DNA from: a bacterium
GTDB taxonomy: Bacteria > Bacteroidota > Bacteroidia > Bacteroidales > UBA3663
Assembly (NCBI GenBank): GCA_963624265.1
Contig: CAVFPF010000029.1
Coordinates: forward strand, 16,284-80,283
Length of the DNA stretch: 64,000 nucleotides
Reading direction: 5' to 3'
This document shows positions 47,866-56,814 of this stretch, one piece after another (within the stretch, counting starts at the first letter, position 1; each line of letters starts with the position of its first letter). A program made the translations under genes and the position numbers. The notes under the pieces are model-generated. The model did not search any database. It had not been told where the DNA came from and was given only the letters and a program-made list of their open reading frames with translations.

Positions 47866-47997
47866 ACGCCGTTGACCAAGACCGCCATATAGGTCTGCGC
47901 TTCGGCCTATTTCTCTATTATTTCACTGATATCCGATTTTCCGTTTTGACGGCAAATACTTTCCGTTGCGAAGTGAAACGAGCCCAAATCGGCATCC

Positions 47998-48063
47998 TAG
48001 TTGGGTTGCAGAATTTTTTTAGTTGGGTTACAAGATTTTCCCAGTTGGGCTGCAATCTACGCC
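47998..48063. repeat. 3 x 22-bp tandem repeat in a convergent intergenic gap
   Basis: agttgggttgcagaattttttt / agttgggttacaagattttccc / agttgggctgcaatctacgcct. Units start at 47998, 48020 and 48042. Confidence 0.8.
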
Positions 48064-48129
48064 TCTACTGTTCGGCCTCAGATTACGCCGCGATTTTTAG
48101 CCTTCCCTCCCTCTCAGATATTCTTTGGC

Positions 48130-49353
48130 TCAATAGAAGAAGATATATCCCATGATGATGGCTGCCGTGATGCCGATGAGGTCGGCTGCCAGACCATAGG
48201 CGGCAGCATAGCGCATCTTGCTGATGCCGACAGAGCCGAAGTAGACGGCGAGGATATACATGGTGGTATCGGTCGAGCCCTGGATGATGGAGGCGATATG
48301 TCCGGCGAAGCTGTCGACGCCATAGTTTTGGAAGACGTCCAGCATCATAGCGCGTGCACCGGCGCCGTTGAGCGGCTTCAATAGGGCGCAAGGCAGGCCG
48401 GGGACGAAATCGGTGTTAAGGCCGATGGCGCTGAAACACCAGGCCAGTCCGTCGGTGATATAGGTCAATGCCCCGCATTCGCGGAACAGCGAGATGCCTA
48501 CAAACATGGCAATCTGATAGGGGATGATGGTCACAACGGTTTGAAATCCTTCCTTCGCCCCTTCGACAAATGTGCTGAAGAGCGGCACTTTCTTGAAGGC
48601 TCCGACGCCGAGGAAGAGCATGATGCAACCGAACAGGAGTATGTTGCTGACCAGGATGGAATAAGTCTTCAGTTGCTCTTCGTTGAGCGAGGCAAAGAAA
48701 TAGGCCAATCCGCCAATGACGGCAATGGCTCCAATCAGAAAGCCGATCAGGACCTTGTCGAAGTGGATGCGTTGGCGCAGACAGCACATGATGAGTCCGC
48801 CCAGCGTGGAGCATGAGGTGGCCAGCAGTAGCGGCAGGAAGATGTCGCTGGGATTGGCAGCCCCGAACTGCGCCCTGTACATCATGATGCTGATGGGGAT
48901 GATGGTCAGCCCGGAGGTGTTGAGCACCAGGAACATAATCATGGCATCGGAGGCCACATCTTTCTTCGGGTTGAGACTCTGCAGTTCCTTCATGGCCTTC
49001 AGTCCCATAGGGGTCGCCGCATTGTCCAGACCCAGCATATTGGCAGATACGTTCATAAGGATGCTGCCCTGTGCGGGATGGCCGGCGGGGATGCCGGGGA
49101 AGATGCGCGAGAAGATGGGGTTGATGAGGCGCGAGAACTTGGCGATGACGCCGCCCTGCTCACCGATTTTCATGAGGCCGAGCCAGAAAGTCAGCACGCC
49201 GGTCAGTCCCAGGCAGATTTCAAATGCACGGGCCGAAGACTCGAAAGTGGTGTTCATCAGCCGGCTCCAAATGTCGATGTCGCCCATCAGCGAACTGATG
49301 ATGGCCATGACGAAAGCGATAACGAAGAAGAACAGCCAAATCCAGTTGAGCAT
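48130..49353 (-). CDS. nucleoside-recognition-domain membrane protein (fused SpmA/SpmB-like)
   Basis: 407-aa polytopic protein with the MLNWIWLFFFVIAFVMA.. N-terminus and SpmA/SpmB-like halves. Confidence 0.6.
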   Translation of the reverse strand: MLNWIWLFFFVIAFVMAIISSLMGDIDIWSRLMNTTFESSARAFEICLGLTGVLTFWLGLMKIGEQGGVIAKFSRLINPIFSRIFPGIPAGHPAQGSILMNVSANMLGLDNAATPMGLKAMKELQSLNPKKDVASDAMIMFLVLNTSGLTIIPISIMMYRAQFGAANPSDIFLPLLLATSCSTLGGLIMCCLRQRIHFDKVLIGFLIGAIAVIGGLAYFFASLNEEQLKTYSILVSNILLFGCIMLFLGVGAFKKVPLFSTFVEGAKEGFQTVVTIIPYQIAMFVGISLFRECGALTYITDGLAWCFSAIGLNTDFVPGLPCALLKPLNGAGARAMMLDVFQNYGVDSFAGHIASIIQGSTDTTMYILAVYFGSVGISKMRYAAAYGLAADLIGITAAIIMGYIFFY

Positions 49354-49396
49354 TGCAAGTCTTTTTTTGTTGTGACGTTTGTTCGTTGTCGGCTGC

Positions 49397-50188
49397 TTAC
49401 TTTCCGGCCGCTTTCTTGAGACCGGCTATGACGGCATGGTCAAACCCTTCTTTGGTCATCTCGTTGAGACCTTTGATAGTGATGCCGCCTGGGGTGCATA
49501 CCTTATATATCTCTGTGTCCGGGTAAGTGCCGTTGTGTTCGAGCAACTCGACGGCTCCGAGTACGGTCTGGTCTATCATGGCCTTGGCCACATGAGGATA
49601 GAAGCCCAGTTCGATGGCACCTTGCATAGCGGCCTTGATATACTCGAAGGCATAGGCTATGCCACAGGAAGTGACAGCAGTTCCGGCAGCCATCAGCCGT
49701 TCTTCGATGACGATGGCCGTGCCGAGTTCGTCGAACATGGCCTGTACGAGTTGACGCTGTGCTTCCTCGACTTCGCTGTTGAACGAAATTAAGGTCGGGC
49801 TCTGGCGAATCTCAATGGCTGTATTGGGGATGACGCGGGCCATCTGATACGACTCTCCGCCCAAGTATTCGGTGAGCTGGTCGAAGCTGATGCCGGCAGC
49901 CACGCTGATGAGGAGCGGACGCGTGTTGTGTATAGTGGGGAAAATCTCCTCAAGGATGTTCTGTACGAGCCATGGCTTGATGGCCAGGATGACGATATGG
50001 GCGTCGTTGACGGCCTTGCGGTTGTCGAGGGTGACGTGTATGCCGGGCACATCGGCCGACATGCGGTCGAGGCTGGCCTGGGTATGTGCCGTTATGGTGA
50101 TGTCTTCGGCTTTGACAATAGAGCCTTCAGCCAGTCCGCGGGCGATGGCTCCGCCCATGTTACCGGCGCCGATGATGGCGATTTTCAT
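49397..50188 (-). CDS. proC: pyrroline-5-carboxylate reductase
   Basis: MKIAIIGAGNMGGAIARGL Rossmann N-terminus and the C-terminal ..VCTPGGITIKGL.. motif. ATG at 50188. Confidence 0.9.
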   Translation of the reverse strand: MKIAIIGAGNMGGAIARGLAEGSIVKAEDITITAHTQASLDRMSADVPGIHVTLDNRKAVNDAHIVILAIKPWLVQNILEEIFPTIHNTRPLLISVAAGISFDQLTEYLGGESYQMARVIPNTAIEIRQSPTLISFNSEVEEAQRQLVQAMFDELGTAIVIEERLMAAGTAVTSCGIAYAFEYIKAAMQGAIELGFYPHVAKAMIDQTVLGAVELLEHNGTYPDTEIYKVCTPGGITIKGLNEMTKEGFDHAVIAGLKKAAGK

Positions 50189-50242
50189 TTTCTTTTGTTG
50201 GTTTTGTCGTTCATTCTTGTTCCTCAAGAGACCGTGCGACGC

Positions 50243-51103
50243 CTATTTGCCGAACACCTTGATGTTGATGTACCGCTTCGGGTTTTGACGGATGTCGGCT
50301 ACGAGGCTGTCGACCTCAGCCAGCGTCTGCTCGAGTCGGGTGTGGAGTTCGTTGCTGTTGATGAGCCTTCCGGCCGTTCCTTGCGTGCTGTTGAGGGTGT
50401 TGACCAATGTCTGGATGGAGTCGACCACGGCCGTAGCTTTGTACAAGGTCTCCTGCAACTGTGCCTGACGCAGCTCGCTGCCCAGGGTGTCGAAGTTGGC
50501 GGTGGCGCTGCTGACATTGTGGAGTATGCTGGGCAACTCCTCGTTCAGTTCGCTGACGGTTCGGTCCAGTTTGTCGGCAAGAGCATTGACTTGCAGCAGG
50601 CTCTCTTGCAGTTTCGAGTCGTTCACTATGACGTTCAGTCCGGTGAGCAAGGTGTCAATCTTGGGGATGAGCGCCATGACAGCGGGCATTGCCTCGGCTA
50701 TACCGTCGGTCAGCCCGGCTGCCATCTTGCCGCCCGACAGCGTGTCGCCGGCCTGCAGTATCTCCTCGCTGTCGCCCAGGGTGAGCAGGATGTTGCTGTT
50801 GCCCAGCAAGTCGGGCTGTATGACAGCTGAGGAGTTCTTCGGAATCTTCAGTGCCGGGTCAATATAGAGCTGCAGCACGATGTCGTTGGTCTTGTAGTCG
50901 ATTTTCATCGAGCCTACAAAGCCGACTTTGTATCCGTTCAGTTTGACATGACTGGATTCGGCCACACGCTCCACGTTGGGGCTGACCATATAATAAGATG
51001 TGGTGGTATGCAGTTGACCTTTGAGGAACTTGATTCCGAACACCAGGACAACGATGGCAATGATGGTCCACAAACCTATACGGAATTCGTTGATTCTATT
51101 CAT
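50243..51103 (-). CDS. MlaD/MCE-domain protein
   Basis: N-terminal anchor MNRINEFRIGLWTIIAIVVLVFGIKFL, then an MCE domain (..VKLNGYKVGFV..) and a long helical tail. Confidence 0.75.
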   Translation of the reverse strand: MNRINEFRIGLWTIIAIVVLVFGIKFLKGQLHTTTSYYMVSPNVERVAESSHVKLNGYKVGFVGSMKIDYKTNDIVLQLYIDPALKIPKNSSAVIQPDLLGNSNILLTLGDSEEILQAGDTLSGGKMAAGLTDGIAEAMPAVMALIPKIDTLLTGLNVIVNDSKLQESLLQVNALADKLDRTVSELNEELPSILHNVSSATANFDTLGSELRQAQLQETLYKATAVVDSIQTLVNTLNSTQGTAGRLINSNELHTRLEQTLAEVDSLVADIRQNPKRYINIKVFGK

Positions 51104-51176
51104 ATTCTTCGTGAGACCTGACAGGTGAAACATTCATTGGGCTTCCTCGTGAGGGACGCCGTATTGCCGCAAGTGA

Positions 51177-52487
51177 CTATCTGACCCTCTCGCCGTTGGC
51201 GTCAAACTGTACGATGAAGGCATCGGGGAAGAGTTTCCTGACGTTCTGCATGTCGAGGGAAAGGTCACTGCTCGAGTCGCCCTTGGCGGTGGTGTAGCGA
51301 TAAGCCCCCTTGGCCTTGTAATAGTGTATCTGCGTCAGCCCTTTCAGCCTCGGGTCGCCTTTCTTGAGCGGTTTGGGACTATTGAGGAACTGTATGCGGT
51401 AGCATGCCTCGGCAGGCACTACAGAGATGAAATCCTTGGAATCCACAATTTCGGCGGCCGGCTGGCCTTTGCCGCTGTCCTTGGGTTGACGGCGAGCCGG
51501 TTCTACAGCAGGGGTGTCGTTGGTCTTCTTTTCCTCTGCTTTGTCATTGCCGGCTACAACGACATCCGTCTTCGGTTCTTCGTAGACTATGGGGTCGGGA
51601 GTCGCCGGCTCCGGCATATAAGGACTTGAGATTTCGTCGGCCTTCAGCTGGCGGCGCTTCCAGTTGTTGTAGTACTGCTCGCAGCCCTTGAAAATGCAAC
51701 GGGCAAAGAGGTCGTGCGCTTCGGTCGTGTTGAGAAACTTCTCTTCGATGGAGTTGCTCATATAGCCGAGCTCGACAAGGAATGCCGGCATCGGACTGTA
51801 GCAGAGCACGAAGATGTTCTTCTGCTTCACGCCGCGGTCGTAAGCGAAGTTGCGGTAGGAAGAGCGGCGCAGGCCCGACATGATGTTGTCCTGCACATAG
51901 TGAGCCACCTCCTGACTGTAGCGGTTGTGCTTCTCGCGTTGTGCCTGGCAGAGGATTTTCGTCTCCAGGTCCACAGCATTCTCAAAGTCAATCTGATTGC
52001 CGTCTATGTCGAGGTTCTCACGCTCTATCATGGTACGCTCGCGGATGCGCTTCTGCTCAGCTTCGCTCTTGCCGGCCAGGCCCGTGATGCCGAAGGTGTA
52101 GGTCTCCAGGCCGCGTGCGCTGCTGTCGAGGGCGGCGTTGACGTGGATGGATACGAAGAGGTTGCCTTTGGCCTCGCGCGCTATACGGGTGCGCTCGGGC
52201 AAAGTGGGATAGATGTCGGTATTACGTGTGTAGACGATTTTGACATCCGGACAGTTGGTCTTGATGAGTTCACCGAGTTTGAGGGCCACCTTGAGCGAGA
52301 TGTCCTTTTCATTTAGTTTCTGTTTGCGTTTGGGGGTTCCGATATCTCCTCCGCCGTGTCCCGGATCAATGACGATGACAAATTGGCTCGCTGCTGCTGC
52401 ACCTGCGGGGTACAACAGACAGAAGGCCAGTATGGTGAGCAATATCAAGCAACTGCGTCTCATGGGCATATATTGGACAAGTGTCAT
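51177..52487 (-). CDS. N-acetylmuramoyl-L-alanine amidase (Amidase_3) with C-terminal SPOR-like domain
   Basis: VIVIDPGHGGGDIGT..KDISLKVALKLG..FVSIHVNA catalytic region. The C-terminal YRIQFLNS..AKGAYRYTT..FIVQFD is SPOR-like. The start is uncertain (52487, 52469 or 52463). A minus-strand TATTTTTG box lies at 52517-52524. Confidence 0.8.
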   Translation of the reverse strand: MTLVQYMPMRRSCLILLTILAFCLLYPAGAAAASQFVIVIDPGHGGGDIGTPKRKQKLNEKDISLKVALKLGELIKTNCPDVKIVYTRNTDIYPTLPERTRIAREAKGNLFVSIHVNAALDSSARGLETYTFGITGLAGKSEAEQKRIRERTMIERENLDIDGNQIDFENAVDLETKILCQAQREKHNRYSQEVAHYVQDNIMSGLRRSSYRNFAYDRGVKQKNIFVLCYSPMPAFLVELGYMSNSIEEKFLNTTEAHDLFARCIFKGCEQYYNNWKRRQLKADEISSPYMPEPATPDPIVYEEPKTDVVVAGNDKAEEKKTNDTPAVEPARRQPKDSGKGQPAAEIVDSKDFISVVPAEACYRIQFLNSPKPLKKGDPRLKGLTQIHYYKAKGAYRYTTAKGDSSSDLSLDMQNVRKLFPDAFIVQFDANGERVR

Positions 52488-52556
52488 TATGCGGCTTTCA
52501 TCCGCATTTTGTGGTGCAAAAATAATGAAATCCTTGGATAATGCCAAACTTTTCAT

Positions 52557-52564
52557 TAATTTTG
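52557..52564 (+). promoter_or_regulatory. -7 box TAATTTTG for aroE
   Basis: taattttg, 41 nt upstream of the ATG at 52605. Confidence 0.5.
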
Positions 52565-52604
52565 CGGCCGAAAGAGTACTTTTTTTTACAACAGAACACA
52601 AAAA

Positions 52605-53417
52605 ATGTCAGAAATATGCCAATTCGGCCTACTGGGACACCCTCTGGGCCATAGTTTTTCCCGTGAGTTCCATAACCGCCGTTTTGCCGAACTGAAGGTC
52701 AATGCCCGCTACGACAATTACGACCTGGACGACATTGCCGCGTTCCCGGACCTGTTGCGTGAACATCCCGATTTGTCCGGACTGAATGTCACGATTCCGT
52801 ACAAGCAGCAGGTGATGGCCTACCTGGACGAACTGGACCCGCTTGCCACTCGGATAGGGGCTGTGAATGTGGTCAAGATAAAACGTCTGACCGATGGGGT
52901 GGAGGCCTGCGATACCAAAGTGCCCGGCTTCTATCTGAAGGGATTCAACTCGGATATTGTCGGGTTCTGCGATTCGTTGAGGCCGATGCTGGCCGCTGCC
53001 GGGTTGGATGCTGTCCAAGTCGGAGAGGAGAGCCACAAGGCCTTGGTGTTGGGGACGGGCGGCGCCAGCAAGGCCGTGTATGAAGGGCTCGTGGACTTGG
53101 GTTTTGAGCCCGTTTGGGTCTCGCGCACTCCAGCGCTCGGCAGGCTGACTTATGGCGACTTGACTCCCGAGGTGATGGCCTCGCATCGGGTCATCGTCAA
53201 CTGTACTCCGCTCGGCATGTTTCCTAATGTGGATACTTGTCCGAATCTTCCGTATGCATTGCTGACCTCCAGTCACATTTGCTTTGATTGCGTGTACAAT
53301 CCCGCCGAAACCCTCTTTATGAAGAAAGCCGCCGAGCGAGGTGCTGCTGTCAAATGCGGATACGACATGCTCGTCGGACAGGCTATCGAGAGCTATCGGA
53401 TATGGACGGGCATTTGA
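52605..53417 (+). CDS. aroE: shikimate dehydrogenase
   Basis: ..FGLLGHPLGHSFS.., NVTIPYKQ, GTGGASKAV. Confidence 0.85.
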   Translation: MSEICQFGLLGHPLGHSFSREFHNRRFAELKVNARYDNYDLDDIAAFPDLLREHPDLSGLNVTIPYKQQVMAYLDELDPLATRIGAVNVVKIKRLTDGVEACDTKVPGFYLKGFNSDIVGFCDSLRPMLAAAGLDAVQVGEESHKALVLGTGGASKAVYEGLVDLGFEPVWVSRTPALGRLTYGDLTPEVMASHRVIVNCTPLGMFPNVDTCPNLPYALLTSSHICFDCVYNPAETLFMKKAAERGAAVKCGYDMLVGQAIESYRIWTGI

Positions 53418-53462
53418 GCCAAAAGCCGGGTATTTGAGAAAAAAGAACAAACCATACAACTT

Positions 53463-54290
53463 ATGAATATTGCCCTATATCAGCAGGATATCGTCTGGCT
53501 TGACCCTGACGCAAACTATACAAAGATGGAAGACGTCTTGCGTCAGAATCCCTCCATCGACCTACTTGTCATGCCTGAGATGTGCACGACGGGCTTCGTC
53601 ACGCAGCCTGAGTCGTGCGACATTGAGTCTGCGCTTGAGGTGGAGCAACGGTTGCTCCGGTTGGCGTGTCAGTACAATACGGCATTGGCAGGTAGCTTTG
53701 CGGTGCAGGTCAGCGGGACTTCGCCGACGTCTGATATTGTACGGACGGCCGACACGTCGCAGATGGACGGAAGTAAGCGCAATCGTCTTTACTTCGTGAC
53801 TCCCGAAGGCGGCGTCTATCATTACGATAAGCATCACCTTTTCACTCCCGGACAGGAAGACAAAGGCTATCAGGCTGGTGACCAGCAGACCCTTGTGGAG
53901 TGGCGCGGTGTCCGGTTCCTGCTCGCGGTGTGTTATGACTTGCGCTTTCCGGTCTGGCTTCGGTACACCGACTCTGCTCCGTACGATATTCTCCTGCTTG
54001 TGGCCAACTGGCCCTCTGCCCGCCAGCTTGCTTGGAACGTGCTGCTTCGTGCCCGGGCTATTGAGAACCAGGCCTATTGCATCGGAGTGAACAGGGTCGG
54101 GCATGACAAGATGTGCGAATACGCGGGCGGCTCTGTCGCCATCCATCCGTACGGCCATCCTGTCGCTTCGTGCGAAGAAGGTCAGGAAGGGCTCTGCGTT
54201 TTCTCGCCCGACATGGAGAGTTTGGCCTCTTATCGTCACAAATTTCCATCGTTGACCGATGCAGACCGCTTCATTTTGCACGAAATGTGA
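53463..54290 (+). CDS. carbon-nitrogen hydrolase family amidohydrolase (YafV/omega-amidase-like)
   Basis: Nitrilase-superfamily layout with PEMCTTGF (Glu), a Lys region, and CYDLRFPVW (catalytic Cys). Confidence 0.75.
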   Translation: MNIALYQQDIVWLDPDANYTKMEDVLRQNPSIDLLVMPEMCTTGFVTQPESCDIESALEVEQRLLRLACQYNTALAGSFAVQVSGTSPTSDIVRTADTSQMDGSKRNRLYFVTPEGGVYHYDKHHLFTPGQEDKGYQAGDQQTLVEWRGVRFLLAVCYDLRFPVWLRYTDSAPYDILLLVANWPSARQLAWNVLLRARAIENQAYCIGVNRVGHDKMCEYAGGSVAIHPYGHPVASCEEGQEGLCVFSPDMESLASYRHKFPSLTDADRFILHEM

Positions 54291-54363
54291 GCACTGCGGA
54301 CGGAAAATAGGACGATTTGGCAAAAAAAACACCTGAAAAAGATGGCAGTATAGAAATTATCAG

Positions 54364-54371
54364 TATATTTG
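54364..54371 (+). promoter_or_regulatory. -7 box TATATTTG for the NeuD-like gene
   Basis: tatatttg, 72 nt upstream of the ATG at 54443. Confidence 0.45.
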
Positions 54372-54442
54372 CCGAGTAAATGAGATATGTCACTTTTGAG
54401 ACATGCAAACTGCTGAGTCGTAACTTTTTTACGGACTATTGA

Positions 54443-55099
54443 ATGATGAAAATGAAAGAAGTTTACATTTTAGGTATCGGCGGCTCTACTCCTGTTTTTA
54501 TGGAATTGGCATTAGCGTGCGGATATACTATAGCAGGATTATATCATTATAATGATGATAGGACAGGAGAAACTGTCTATGGTATTCCCGTATTGGGTTC
54601 TTTCAATGATTTGTATAAATCCGACTTGCAAGGCAAGATGTTTATGCTGTCACAAGGGGATATTAGTATCAGGTATGAGGTAACCAATAAAATCAAAGAA
54701 CTTGGTGGCTTGATTCCAACCATCATACACCCATCTGCGACGGTTTCTCCTTATGCAACTGTTTCGGATGATGGAGTGATTATTGGCGGGGGCTGTATAA
54801 TTCAAGCAGAAGCAGAAATAAAGCCTCATGCCGTTCTTTGGGATCAGGCCTTGGTGTGTCATCAGTCTGTGATAGGTAATTATTGTTTTGTCGGTCCAAA
54901 AGCTTTGATCGGAGCCCATATTGTGGTCGATGATTTTGCATTTATTGGTCAGGCATCTTTGTTGGTGTCCGGTAAGGTCGATAGAGTCGGGATGCACTCG
55001 ATAGTGGGAGCTGGGGCTATTGTGACAAAAGAAGTCCCGGACGACGTCCTCGTTGTTGGTAGCCCTGCCAGGGTTAGATTTAGGCCACAGAATCTATAA
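54443..55099 (+). CDS. NeuD/PglB/VioB-family sugar O/N-acetyltransferase (left-handed beta-helix)
   Basis: Rossmann-like N-terminal domain (VYILGIGGSTPV..), then hexapeptide repeats (..IHPSATVSPYATVSDDGVIIGGGCIIQAEAEI..). The coding sequence is AT-rich. Confidence 0.7.
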   Translation: MMKMKEVYILGIGGSTPVFMELALACGYTIAGLYHYNDDRTGETVYGIPVLGSFNDLYKSDLQGKMFMLSQGDISIRYEVTNKIKELGGLIPTIIHPSATVSPYATVSDDGVIIGGGCIIQAEAEIKPHAVLWDQALVCHQSVIGNYCFVGPKALIGAHIVVDDFAFIGQASLLVSGKVDRVGMHSIVGAGAIVTKEVPDDVLVVGSPARVRFRPQNL

Positions 55100-55238
55100 A
55101 TGCTATTCATCACGAGGTGAGAATCCATAATCTGATAGCATCCTTATGGCCTCGGTCGAATAATTGGCTGCCTTGAGCCGGTTGCATAGGTTTTCGTCAC
55201 CTATAATATGATGCCGGTCAGTATAGATGACTCAGTGG

Positions 55239-55392
55239 AAAAATCTCGGTTTGGTGCAAAATGGTGTATCTAAAAATCTCGGTTTGGTGCAAAATGGTGT
55301 ATCTAAAAATCTCGGTTTGGTGCAAAATGGTGTATCTAAAAATCTCGGTTTGGTGCAAAATGGTGTATCTAAAAATCTCGGTTTGGTGCAAA
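55239..55392. repeat. perfect 33-bp tandem repeat, about 4.7 copies
   Basis: The unit is aaaaatctcggtttggtgcaaa + atggtgtatct. The 22-bp part occurs at 55239, 55272, 55305, 55338 and 55371. The 11-bp part occurs 4 times. I saw no mismatch. Confidence 0.95.
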
Positions 55393-55429
55393 AAGCCTAA
55401 TGGAATGGGACTTGTTACAGATTATTATG

Positions 55430-55437
55430 TATATTTG
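55430..55437 (+). promoter_or_regulatory. -7 box TATATTTG for the ATPase pseudogene
   Basis: tatatttg, 24 nt upstream of the ATG at 55461 and 38 nt downstream of the repeat array. Confidence 0.5.
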
Positions 55438-55460
55438 CAGCACAAAAACATAATAAATGT

Positions 55461-56806
55461 ATGAGAAGAAAGATATATGATGAGCTCTTGAAATGGAAGA
55501 AGGAAGAACGGGGGGCAGTAGCACTCCTTGTTGAAGGGGCTCGTCGTGTTGGGAAAAGCTATATTGTTGAGGAATTCGCTAAAAACGAGTACAAATCGTA
55601 TATACTTGTAGATTTTGCACATATCAGCAAGTCAATGCAGAGTGTCTTCGATGAATATCTGAACGAGACTGATACGTTTCTGATGTTTCTGCAAAATGTC
55701 GCTGGCATACAACTCTATAAGAGAGATTCGTTGATTATCTTCGACGAGGTCCAGAAGTATCCAAAGGCCCGACAGGCAATTAAACATCTTGTTGCAGACG
55801 GTCGTTACGACTACATTGAGACAGGCTCTTTGGTTAGCATAAACGAGAATACTCAAGGAATTCTTTTGCCTTCAGAAGAACGCTCGATTCAGATGAATCC
55901 AATGGACTTCGAGGAATTTCTTTGGGCTTTGGGAGATGAGATGACCTGGCCATTTATTAAAAATTGTTTTGCCAAGAAGATGCCAATGGGGCCTATGCAT
56001 AGGAAAGTAATGACATTGTTTCGCAATATCTTATTGTCGGAGGCATGCCTCAGGCTGTTGCCAAGTTCGTGGAAACACAAAACTTCCAGAAGGTAGATGT
56101 GGTGAAACGCGATATTCTCTCTTTGTATCGCAAAAGTATAGACAAGCATGTCAAAGGTTATACAGAAAAGGTTAAGGCTGTATGGGATCAGATACCAGGA
56201 GAGCTGCAGAAGCACGAGAAGAGATTCCGCTTGGGAAGCATTGAGCAAGGAGCCCGTTTCAGAAATTATGAATCTTCATTCTTGTGGCTTATGGATGCCA
56301 AACTCGTGAATACTTGTTACAATGTAACGGAACCGCAGGTGGGAATGAGACTAAAGCGAGACGACCTGACATTCAAGTGCTATATGGGCGATACGGGGCT
56401 CTTGATTTCACATGCATTCGATGAGAAACTGATTCAAGGTGAGGAGCTTTATCAAAAACTGATGCTAGACAAACTAGAAGTCAACGGAGGCATGTTGGTA
56501 GAGAATATTGTGGCCCAAATGCTTAAGGCTAGCGGGCATTCGCTGTATTTCTATAGTAAAAATTCTGATGTGGCGGAAGAACGTATGGAGATCGATTTTT
56601 TAGTGGAGAAGCCAACTCTTACCAATGCCCATAATATCTGCCCTGTCGAAGTAAAGTCTGGGAAAAATTACACCTTTTCATCAATTGAAAAGTTCGTAAA
56701 GAAATTCGCTGGGCAAGTTCACCTGCCATATATTATTCATTGTATGGATTATAAGGAAGAGAATGGTTATCAGTTTCTTCCAATTTATATGACACCATTG
56801 CTGTAG
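55461..56806 (+). pseudogene. AAA-family ATPase (AAA_14 + DUF4143 type) interrupted by a -1 frameshift
   Basis: ORF 55461-56096 (Walker A LLVEGARRVGKS, Walker B LIIFDEVQ) and ORF 56045-56806 are the two halves of one protein. The second frame is open from 56003 and reads ..QYLIVGGMPQAVAKFVETQNF.. The frames meet around 56022-56025 (ttt cgc [c]aa tat). Confidence 0.75.
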
Positions 56807-56814
56807 TCGGCTAT

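Noticed and set aside
55103-55234. 44-codon open stretch on the minus strand (VIYTDRHHIIGDENLCNRLKAANYSTEAIRMLSDYGFSPRDE*) that could be a gene remnant in the islet.
   Set aside because: It has no start codon except a late internal ATG, and it is bounded by a stop upstream. I cannot assign it to any family. It would need a database search before being called a relic.
55239-55392. The tandem array as a possible CRISPR.
   Set aside because: The 11-bp 'spacers' are all identical, the unit length is too short, and no cas genes are present. It is a plain tandem repeat.
55261-55464. 67-aa ORF reading MVYLKISVWCK four times.
   Set aside because: It is simply the translation of the 33-bp tandem repeat (33 bp is 11 codons). 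It has no independent coding evidence, and the real promoter and ATG of the next gene lie at its end.
54291-56814. The AT-rich islet as a defined mobile element or defence island.
   Set aside because: There is no integrase or transposase, no flanking direct repeats or tRNA, and no recognisable defence gene set. It is reported only as a compositional islet.
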